Part shown: piece by piece, positions 44,838 to 52,476 of the stretch
How positions within the stretch are numbered: position 1 is the first letter of the stretch
Layout: each line of letters opens with the position of its first letter
Source: Candidatus Woesearchaeota archaeon
Lineage (GTDB): Archaea; Nanobdellota; Nanobdellia; Pacearchaeales; GW2011-AR1
NCBI GenBank assembly: GCA_964545065.1
Contig: CAZJEO010000002.1
Coordinates: 132,879 to 196,878, forward strand
Direction of reading: 5' to 3'
DNA length: 64,000 nt
Notes under the pieces: generated by a model
Seen by the model: only the letters and a program-made list of their open reading frames with translations
Database searches by the model: none
Told to the model about the DNA's origin: nothing
Translations under genes and position numbers: made by a program

Positions 44838-45317
44838 TCATTTTAATTTCTTTTCCATAGTCTTGGATTTTGTTTTAAATCCGGGTCCTTCCCAAAAATC
44901 TTGTTTAATCACCTTATAACCTAATTTTTTATAAAAAGGGTATGCTGTTTCTGTTGGATGAAGGATTATTTTGTTGATTTTTTTTGATTTTGCGAATTTT
45001 TCTATGAACTGCATTAACTTTGATCCATAGCCTTGACCGAGATGTTTGTGGTCTATGTACAGACCCCCGACTCTTCCAGATTTGAGATTAATATAAATGC
45101 ATCCCAAAATCTTGTCTTGTTTTGTCAACACAAACACTTTCCTTTTTTCCAGGCTCTCTATGATTTGTTTTGGAGAATTTTCTTTCTTCAGAAGGTCTAT
45201 TGCCGGCCGAGGGTAATCATTCATATTTATCTTTTCTAGAGTCTGTCGTACCAGGGTTGAAATTCTCCGAGCATTTTCTGGCTGAGCTTTTTTTATCTTG
45301 ATTGAATTATTTGTCAT
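44838..45317 (-). CDS. GNAT family N-acetyltransferase
   Basis: Motif A GLYIDHKHLGQGYGSKLMQFIEKFA and a C-terminal YPFYKKLGYKV. 4 nt overlap with the upstream gene. Confidence 0.8.
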   Translation of the reverse strand: MTNNSIKIKKAQPENARRISTLVRQTLEKINMNDYPRPAIDLLKKENSPKQIIESLEKRKVFVLTKQDKILGCIYINLKSGRVGGLYIDHKHLGQGYGSKLMQFIEKFAKSKKINKIILHPTETAYPFYKKLGYKVIKQDFWEGPGFKTKSKTMEKKLK

Positions 45318-45946
45318 TTTATTCCTAAATCCTCTAGTTTATTCTGGACATGATTAAATAATGTTGAAGAGATTAATGGTTTGTGGGTGCCTTGGTGGGT
45401 TTGACCGTCGAATTTTATTTTTCCGAGATAAGTTTGGTTTCTTAATATTTTTTTCAAGCCATTGACAGAGAAATCATATTTTTTAGCTAATTGAGTTAAA
45501 CTTATTTTTTGATTTAAAAAATCTTGAAAAATTTCTTGAACAAGATAAGAATCTTCTGCCTGAACTAATTTTTTGTTCTCGAGTTTGTAGCCGAATGGTG
45601 CTCGAGTTACAACATTGCCATCACGAGCTTTTAGAACCATTCCTTTTTTTGTTCTCTTGGAGATTGATTTTTCAGATTTTCTAAAAGTATCTAAGATTGC
45701 TCCATCTATTTTCTCTTCTAAAAATATTTTAAAATCTTCTTCGCTATTTGGAGCAAAATAATGGCAAATAAAACATAATGTTACTAAGTTATCTACTTTA
45801 TCTTCTCCTTCATCAACCTTCATTTTGATATGATGTATTTCTAATTCTTCTGAATTTCCAAGATGATTGCATTTTTGGCAACGGAATTTGTCTCTACTAA
45901 AAACTTCTGACTTTGTTTTGAATTGTGTTGATGGTCTTTTTGACAT
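45314..45946 (-). CDS. HNH nuclease domain fused to a serine-recombinase-type 'Recombinase' DNA-binding domain (no resolvase catalytic domain)
   Basis: The N-terminus CQKCNH...ELEIHHIKMK...DNLVTLCFICH is an HNH motif. It is followed by ISKRTKKGMVLKARDGNVVTRAPFGYKLENKKLVQAEDSYLVQEIFQDFLNQKISLTQLAKKY...ILRNQTYLGKIKF...HKPLISSTLFNHVQ, which matches my recollection of the alpha-E/recombinase-domain pattern of large serine recombinases. Confidence 0.65.
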   Translation of the reverse strand: MSKRPSTQFKTKSEVFSRDKFRCQKCNHLGNSEELEIHHIKMKVDEGEDKVDNLVTLCFICHYFAPNSEEDFKIFLEEKIDGAILDTFRKSEKSISKRTKKGMVLKARDGNVVTRAPFGYKLENKKLVQAEDSYLVQEIFQDFLNQKISLTQLAKKYDFSVNGLKKILRNQTYLGKIKFDGQTHQGTHKPLISSTLFNHVQNKLEDLGIK

Positions 45947-45947
45947 T

Positions 45948-46775
45948 TTACATACTATCTAAGGGTGAAGGAATTTTTTTAAGTTCTTCTGTTGATATGT
46001 GCGTATAGATTTGCGTTGTACTTAAATCTGCATGACCTAAAAGTTCTTGAATTTTTCTTATGTCTATTCCATTTTCTAACAAGTGTGTTGCAAAGCTATG
46101 CCTCAAGGTGTGTGGATGAACTTCTTTATTGATTCCTGCTTTTTGTGCTGCGGTTTTCACTATTTTTTGAATGTTTCTATCAGATAGTTTTCCTTTTGGG
46201 CCTGAAAAAAGATATTCTTCATTCTTTTCTTTTTGTTTTTGTGTTTGTTTTTTTAAACTTTTTAAGAGGAATTTAGGAATATTAAAAATTCTGTCTTTTC
46301 TCCCCTTGCCCATTCTGACATACCCAATCATTTCTTCAAAATTCAAATCATTTATTTTGAGATTTATTAGCTCTGAAACTCTAAAACCACAGGCATATGT
46401 TAAAGAAACCATGAGCTTGCTTTTTTTAGTTGAAACTGCATTAAGCAATTTTTTTAATTCATCTTTTGTTAAAACCGCGGGGAGTTTTTTCTCTCTTTTT
46501 GGACGTTTTATACCCGCAGTTATATCTTTTCCTAAAATTGATGAATATGCCAACCTTAATGCAGATAAAAAAACAATTATTGTTGAAGCTGCTTGCTCTG
46601 TTAATTTTTCGGCCATAAATGCCTTTACATCATCTATCCCTGTTTTTTCGGGTTGTTTGCCACAGAAATCTAAAAGTTCTGAATTTGCTCTAAGATAGTT
46701 CCTGATTGTATAATCTGAATTTTTTGAAATTTTTAGTTCTACTCGAAGTTTTTCTAAAAATTCCTCTTTTTTCAT
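45948..46775 (-). CDS. xerA: Tyrosine recombinase, XerA/XerC/XerD-like
   Basis: C-terminal catalytic region GFRVSEL...HTLRHSFATHLLENGIDIRKIQELLGHADLSTTQIYTH, and an N-terminal SAM-like core-binding domain. Confidence 0.85.
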   Translation of the reverse strand: MKKEEFLEKLRVELKISKNSDYTIRNYLRANSELLDFCGKQPEKTGIDDVKAFMAEKLTEQAASTIIVFLSALRLAYSSILGKDITAGIKRPKREKKLPAVLTKDELKKLLNAVSTKKSKLMVSLTYACGFRVSELINLKINDLNFEEMIGYVRMGKGRKDRIFNIPKFLLKSLKKQTQKQKEKNEEYLFSGPKGKLSDRNIQKIVKTAAQKAGINKEVHPHTLRHSFATHLLENGIDIRKIQELLGHADLSTTQIYTHISTEELKKIPSPLDSM

Positions 46776-46815
46776 ATAGTTGGTTGTACGAACCTTTTTA
46801 TAAATTTATCGCTTG

Positions 46816-46839
46816 TTCGCACAATATAGGTTGTACGAA
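46816..46839. promoter_or_regulatory. 9-6-9 inverted repeat upstream of xerA (candidate recombinase core/dif-like site or operator)
   Basis: ttcgcacaa-tatagg-ttgtacgaa, with 8 of 9 arm positions complementary. A further direct copy, ggttgtacgaa, is at 46782-46792. Confidence 0.35.
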
Positions 46840-46869
46840 GTATTTGCGTGTAGAAGTTAATTTTGAAGA

Positions 46870-47085
46870 TTATTCATTAAAATGTTTATCAACAACACTG
46901 CGAAGGACTGCACATCCGGATGGATCGTTTTGGGTTTTGATGCATGCACGAAGGTTGGGTTTGTTCAGAGCCATAAAATGTTTTATTCTCGTATTTTCTT
47001 CAACACCTGCTTCTTTACAAGCTGTTTGATATAATGGATATAAGTTATTCACAAAAAAACTTAATGGTCTTCTCTCCGTTATCAA
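46870..47085 (-). CDS. Hypothetical small protein
   Basis: ORF only (TTG start in the track). No family recognised. Confidence 0.3.
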   Translation of the reverse strand: MITERRPLSFFVNNLYPLYQTACKEAGVEENTRIKHFMALNKPNLRACIKTQNDPSGCAVLRSVVDKHFNE

Positions 47086-47195
47086 AGCCTTTATTTAATA
47101 TTTCTTCAAACATTGATATGTAATATCCATCTAAAGCCATTTTTTATCAAAAAGCTCCAACTTTTTAAGCATTTATGTCCTCTGCAAAAATGAAA

Positions 47196-47438
47196 TTACG
47201 TCTCATTAGTGGACTTGTGTAATTTCACTAAGATGCCCTGCAATTTTTCTTTGGTTAGATCGAATGAGCAAGAATTGCCTCTTTTTACTCTGGGGTCTTG
47301 TGTATCATAGGGTTCTCCGACCATTATTCGATCATATTTGCAGTATTTTGCTCCAAGGGATCCTGGAAGGCCCCAATAGAAAGGGCATCCTTTCCCGTTG
47401 GAATAATTTTGGCATAATAGTGTAGTCATTTTTGTCAT
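47196..47438 (-). CDS. Hypothetical Cys-rich small protein
   Basis: The start is set at MTKMTTLLCQNYSNGKGCPFYW (ATG 47438). Four Cys residues. No family recognised. Confidence 0.35.
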   Translation of the reverse strand: MTKMTTLLCQNYSNGKGCPFYWGLPGSLGAKYCKYDRIMVGEPYDTQDPRVKRGNSCSFDLTKEKLQGILVKLHKSTNET

Positions 47439-47510
47439 TTTTCCCACCCCATCTAGATTTTTAATGATTTGTATCTTTAAGAACAAGCTTTCGTGTGCAC
47501 TTAGCTGACC

Positions 47511-47807
47511 TTAGTTATGTTCGTGTGGATTTTCTTTTATGATGTGGGAGGTTACACGAATTAAACCAAGACTAACAACTGTTATTAATGAAGATGTTAA
47601 AATGCTTGAAAGAGCGGTGCTTTTTGCATCCACGAAAAAATTAACAAAAATTTGAAATGTGTCAAAGATGGTCTGCCTCCAAGTGAATGCAATTGTAAAA
47701 CTTAATGTTAAAACAACCAGTAATCTAATTTCTTTTCTGTGTTCTTTTTTAAATCGTCTTGCTTCTCTACGCATCCTTAGAAATTTATATTTGCTTACCT
47801 GATTCAT
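47511..47807 (-). CDS. Small membrane protein (basic N-terminus, two TM segments)
   Basis: MRREARRFKKEHRKEIRLLVVLTLSFTIAFTW... followed by a second hydrophobic segment. Confidence 0.45.
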   Translation of the reverse strand: MNQVSKYKFLRMRREARRFKKEHRKEIRLLVVLTLSFTIAFTWRQTIFDTFQIFVNFFVDAKSTALSSILTSSLITVVSLGLIRVTSHIIKENPHEHN

Positions 47808-47908
47808 TTTAAGATATAGTTTTTAGGATTTATTAATTTTTACGTAAATTTCAAATATCAATTTTGTTACTGTCGGGCATTGTGCACTAAGGTTACCTTA
47901 GTTAGTTC

Positions 47909-47993
47909 AAACAGCCTGTTTATTGTTTGCTGGGTGTTTATGGCTGTTTAAACAGGCTGTTTGTATAAGATTTTTGAGACAAACAGCTATTTT
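47909..47993. repeat. Non-coding array of AAACAG(C/G)CTGTTT palindromes and half-sites
   Basis: aaacagcctgttt (47909-47921) and its exact reverse complement aaacaggctgttt (47949-47961), plus ggctgttt and aaacagctatttt. Confidence 0.8.
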
Positions 47994-48099
47994 TTCCATG
48001 AGAAACGCTGGGTCTTCGACACATTTTTATCGACGGGAAAAGTGGTTGTTTGTCGTCGAAGAACAAAAGATTTTTAAAGATTGTTTTACAAAAGATAGT

Positions 48100-48735
48100 A
48101 TGTTTTGGTTGTTTAGTGGAAAAAAAGAGGTTGAAAAGGCAAAAGAGGAAGCGAGAAAAGGTTTTGAAAATGTTAAAAAAGATATGGGTTCTATAAGTGG
48201 TTGGATTAAACACCTAGATTCTGAAAAAAACTTGCAAAAAAAAGAAACTGAAGAGATAAAAGACATTTTATCGACGGTACAAGACGAAGTTGAAGGAATA
48301 AAAAATGTTCTCGCAATCATGAATGATATGAAATCAAACACTGTGTTTAAAACACCCAAACAGCTGTCTAAGAAACAGACAGCTGTTTACCCTGTGCAAA
48401 CAGCTGTTCAAACAGCTGTTCAAACACCAAATTTAGAGCGATTTTCAATAACTGAAAGAGCAATCCTTTGGGTATTGTTAAACACAGACATGAAATTGAG
48501 TTATGAAGATTTGGCTGCTATGCTTGGAAAAGAGAGATCTACAATAAGGGGGCAAATAAATCGGATTCAACAGAAGAGTGAGGATTTAATAGAAGAGGTT
48601 ATTGAGCAAAATGGCAAAAAAAGGATGTTTATACCTGAAAATCTTAAGGAAAAACTACTAAAAAAGACAAAAGTGAGAGTTAAAAAGAGTAAAAACTCTA
48701 AGAAAAACGAGAAAAACAGAGTTTCAGAATACTAA
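48100..48735 (+). CDS. Coiled-coil / repeat-linker / winged-HTH protein (paralog of 48834-49532)
   Basis: N-terminus KGFENVKKDMGSISGW, linker QTAVYPVQTAVQTAVQT, and wHTH ITERAILWVLLN...SYEDLAAMLGKERSTIRGQINRIQQK. The start is set at ATG 48100. The track start at 47923 (TTG) would read through a non-coding palindrome array. Confidence 0.55.
   Translation: MFWLFSGKKEVEKAKEEARKGFENVKKDMGSISGWIKHLDSEKNLQKKETEEIKDILSTVQDEVEGIKNVLAIMNDMKSNTVFKTPKQLSKKQTAVYPVQTAVQTAVQTPNLERFSITERAILWVLLNTDMKLSYEDLAAMLGKERSTIRGQINRIQQKSEDLIEEVIEQNGKKRMFIPENLKEKLLKKTKVRVKKSKNSKKNEKNRVSEY
48345..48421. repeat. Coding-region array of the same AAACAGCTGTT(T/C) palindrome
   Basis: aaacactgtgttt, aaacagctgtct, acagacagctgttt and aaacagctgttc x2 (a 12 nt tandem), encoding the QTAV repeats. 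Confidence 0.8.
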
Positions 48736-48833
48736 AGTGAGTATTAAATCAAAAAGTTCTGAAAATAATACTCTAAAAGCGAATAGTGAGAATTAAGTTA
48801 TTCGGTGAGGAGAAAAACTATAAATAGCCTTGC

Positions 48834-49532
<699 letters not shown>

Positions 49533-49564
49533 TGCATTTTCATGAACAAGAAGTATAAATATTT

Positions 49565-49837
49565 TTAGTGTGATTGATGGCTCTTATATGCCTGATAAGC
49601 TGCGTCACTTATTTTCCATCGTGATCTTATGATATAAGATATCCCTTTTGGGTTTTTCTTTATCTCTATTACAAGATTTTTATTTTTTAGTCCTAAAAGA
49701 AGTCTTTTAATAAATTCTTCATCTCTTGCAATCTCCTGGGCAATATTTGAGGTGAATAAAGGTTTAGGGGAAACAGAATATAATAGTAAGAGGATTTGTT
49801 CTGATATTTTTTCTTTTTTCTTTTCAGATATTTTCAT
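49565..49837 (-). CDS. Small winged-HTH protein
   Basis: ILLLLYSVSPKPLFTSNIAQEIARDEEFIKRLLLGLKNKNLVIEI, an ArsR/MarR-like helix-turn-helix plus wing. Confidence 0.5.
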   Translation of the reverse strand: MKISEKKKEKISEQILLLLYSVSPKPLFTSNIAQEIARDEEFIKRLLLGLKNKNLVIEIKKNPKGISYIIRSRWKISDAAYQAYKSHQSH

Positions 49838-49867
49838 TAAATAATAAAAGAAGGGATTTTTTTAAAC

Positions 49868-50296
49868 TTACTCTTTCTTTTCCGATTGTTCTTCTTTCAT
49901 TGTTAATGAAGGTAGACGCATGTGTAAGGGCAAGTTCATTTCTTCTTCTAATTGAAGACATTTCAAGGTGGATTTCCTTAAAATAAGATTAAGAAGATTA
50001 AGCTTAAAATCAGGGGGTATTTGTTTATCTTTCCACTGTTTTAGAAGGTCTTTGGATAATTTTGGTTCAAGTGCAAGTACAATAACTCCTTTGAGTTCTA
50101 TTTTAGCCATATCTGGATCATAATCTAATTTAAATTCAAATTTAAAAGAGAGAAGTTCTTCCTGGGATTTGAAAAAATCTGCCTTGACTTCCTTTATCTC
50201 AGAGATATCAATATTTGTGTTAATTTTTAAATCTTCTAAAGATTCTTTGTTTTTTTCAACACTTATCTTAGTAAAATTAAATCCGACAATTTTCAT
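49868..50296 (-). CDS. Hypothetical protein (142 aa) with weak SecB-like secondary-structure pattern
   Basis: First gene of the 50296-48834 minus-strand string. Family not recognised with confidence. Confidence 0.3.
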   Translation of the reverse strand: MKIVGFNFTKISVEKNKESLEDLKINTNIDISEIKEVKADFFKSQEELLSFKFEFKLDYDPDMAKIELKGVIVLALEPKLSKDLLKQWKDKQIPPDFKLNLLNLILRKSTLKCLQLEEEMNLPLHMRLPSLTMKEEQSEKKE

Positions 50297-50463
50297 GGTT
50301 AACAGAAAGAGAAGGTGTTTTTAAAGATTTGTATAAGAAATTAAATAAAAGAATGGATTTGAAAGGAATTAGATTAATTAAATTATTTGATGAATTTAGA
50401 AGAAATTATTGGAAGATTAGATTAAGATATCAATTATTTGATTAATTTAAAGATTACTTATAA

Positions 50464-50724
50464 TTAGATTAAATCTTCTTCAGAAACAATTACAAAATCG
50501 CCGATTGCAATTATTGCACTGTAAGGTATTAAAGTCTCATTTGAGTTTGTTCTCTCAAGGTTGAGGTTTTTTACATAGGGAGTTGCGTCTTTTACGACGA
50601 GGTTTATCAATTCTCCTGACTTTGTTTCAAAAGTGATGTCTTTGAGAAAACCTAACCTCTTCCCTTCTTTGGTTACAATCATTTTTCCAAGAAGAGTATT
50701 GAATACATTTTTATTATCTTGCAT
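50464..50724 (-). CDS. PRC-barrel domain protein
   Basis: LLGKMIVTKEGKRLGFLKDITFETKSGELINLVV...IPYSAIIAIGDFVIVSEEDL matches the PRC-barrel pattern. Confidence 0.7.
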   Translation of the reverse strand: MQDNKNVFNTLLGKMIVTKEGKRLGFLKDITFETKSGELINLVVKDATPYVKNLNLERTNSNETLIPYSAIIAIGDFVIVSEEDLI

Positions 50725-50949
50725 AAGAAATTTAGAAGAAAGAAATTTATAAAGTTTTCTGTGAACCTAAATAGGTTTTGAGATGATATTATGATGATGT
50801 GATCTTTGAATTGTGCATCTATATGTTGTTTGAATGATTGGTCCCACCCCTTAGTTTCGTCTGGAAAGATTTAAAAAGAAATTTTGAATTTTTTATTTTT
50901 TTATTTTATTTAAAAAAATTTATATTATATAGTATATATATTATATAGA

Positions 50950-50976
50950 TAGTAGTAGTAGTAGTAGTAGTAGTAG
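50950..50976. repeat. (TAG)9 trinucleotide microsatellite inside the origin AT-rich region
   Basis: Nine perfect tag units, preceded by a duplicated tattatatag motif and followed by a C-string, caccctcccc. Confidence 0.95.
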
Positions 50977-51044
50977 ATCACCCTCCCCTGATAATTTTTT
51001 TTATTTTAATTATTAATTTTATTTTTTTGAAAGAGCGTAGAAAT

Positions 51045-51199
51045 TGTTTTCCATATAAAAAATTAGTTTCATATAGAAAAACTATTTTCCACTAGAAATA
51101 AAGGCGTTCTTCTTTTTTAGTAGTCATAATCTTTTATATACATAAATCATTTCTTACCGATAGAAAAAATGAAATCAATAATTTTTTCCATAGGAAATA
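51045..51199 (+). repeat. Array of five direct ORB-like boxes
   Basis: ttttccatataaaaaa / gtttcatatagaaaaa / ttttccactagaaata / tttcttaccgatagaaaaaa / ttttccataggaaata. Confidence 0.75.
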
Positions 51200-51244
51200 G
51201 GAGTGTGACATTAGAGTGGTTGAAATAAATATAGAGGTGGTGAA

Positions 51245-52474
51245 ATGGTAGTTGAAGTTGATACAGGGAAAGAGCTTGATGAGATTTTTGATTCATTTGA
51301 TAAGAATATTATTTTTAAAAACAAGTCGTTGTTGCAAAATAGTTATCAGCCAGAGAGTATTCCTCATAGAAGTGAAGAGATTAAACAGATTGGTTCTATT
51401 CTTGCGCCTGCCTTGAGAGGAGAGAGAACGAGTAATCTTTTTCTTTATGGTAAGACTGGAACTGGTAAGACCTTATCTGTGCAGTATGTTCGAGATGAAT
51501 TATTAAAAAGATTAGAGAAAGATAAAGGTTTTAATTTAAGAATTGAATATCTTAATTGTAAATTGAAAAAAGTTTCGGATACAGAATATAGGATTTTGGC
51601 TGAGATTATTAAGAAACTTGGAGGAGAGGTGCCTCCAACTGGTTTACCTACTCAAGCAGTATATAATAAATTCATTGATATTATTGATTCTGAGAAGCAA
51701 CTTATTATTTTAATTTTAGATGAAATTGATCAGACTGTGATGAAGATTTCTAATGATTTTTTGTATAATTTGACTAGACTTAATGCAGAACTTTCTCAAT
51801 CGCAGATTTCTATTGTAGGAATTAGTAATAATCTTACTTTTTTAGATGAACTTGATCCGAGGGTGAGGAGTTCGCTGTCTGAAGAGGAAATTGTTTTTCC
51901 GCCGTATAATGCGCTGCAATTGCAGGATATTTTGAGTAGGAGGGCAAAGGGAGCGTTTAGAGAAGGTGTTGTTGAGGATGGTGTGGTTGCAAAGTGTGCT
52001 GCTTATGCTGCTCGAGAACATGGGGATGCTAGGAGGGCGTTGGATTTGTTGAGAATTGCAGGTGAGTTAGCTGAGAGAGATAGTTCAAAGGAGATTAAGT
52101 TAAAACATCTTGATAGTGCGAATGATAAGATTGAGAGGGACAAGATTTTAGATGTTATTCGGTCAGAGCCAAAGCAGTTTCAACTTGTGTTGAGTTCTAT
52201 TATTAGTTTGGCAGAGAAAGGCAATTCAAAGTCTTTTTTTACAGGAGATGTTTATCTTTCGTATCAAGATTTGTGTATTCAGAATAAACTAGAAGTTTTG
52301 ACGCAGAGGAGAGTTAGCGATATAATTCAAGAATTTGATATGTTAGGAATTATTAATGTGAAGGTTATTTCAAAGGGGAGGGGAGGAAGAATGAGAGAGA
52401 TAAAGTTGGCAATTTCAAATGATATAATCAAGAAAGCAAAAGAGATAATTGAAAGTTCGTTGAATTATAGTTAA
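51245..52474 (+). CDS. orc1: Orc1/Cdc6 replication initiator
   Basis: Walker A GKTGTGKT, Walker B LILDEID, sensor regions and a C-terminal winged helix (LTQRRVSDIIQEFDMLGII). Confidence 0.9.
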   Translation: MVVEVDTGKELDEIFDSFDKNIIFKNKSLLQNSYQPESIPHRSEEIKQIGSILAPALRGERTSNLFLYGKTGTGKTLSVQYVRDELLKRLEKDKGFNLRIEYLNCKLKKVSDTEYRILAEIIKKLGGEVPPTGLPTQAVYNKFIDIIDSEKQLIILILDEIDQTVMKISNDFLYNLTRLNAELSQSQISIVGISNNLTFLDELDPRVRSSLSEEEIVFPPYNALQLQDILSRRAKGAFREGVVEDGVVAKCAAYAAREHGDARRALDLLRIAGELAERDSSKEIKLKHLDSANDKIERDKILDVIRSEPKQFQLVLSSIISLAEKGNSKSFFTGDVYLSYQDLCIQNKLEVLTQRRVSDIIQEFDMLGIINVKVISKGRGGRMREIKLAISNDIIKKAKEIIESSLNYS

Positions 52475-52476
52475 TC

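Larger units (their letters stand above)
50841..51199. other. Candidate chromosomal replication origin (oriC): one inverted ORB-like element, an AT-rich unwinding region and five direct mini-ORB-like boxes
   Basis: The left element 50841-50868 reads, as reverse complement, TTTCCAGACGAAACTAAGGGGTGGGACC (dyad plus G-string). The right boxes at 51047, 51066, 51085, 51149 and 51184 share a consensus near TTTTCCAywwGAAAwA. The region lies immediately upstream of orc1/cdc6. Confidence 0.75.

Noticed and set aside
47040-47150. Possible split gene: a 30-codon ORF (MALDGYYISMFEEILNKGFDNGEKTIKFFCE*) overlapping the start of the 46870-47085 ORF in another frame.
   Set aside because: No homology anchor to show that the two pieces belong together, and no homopolymer at the putative shift site. 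The evidence is insufficient.
48027-48279. Exact 12-mer ttttatcgacgg occurring twice (48027 and 48268), and a related ttctcgacgg at about 48930.
   Set aside because: In 64 kb of AT-biased sequence, repeated 12-mers are expected by chance. There is no additional structure around them.
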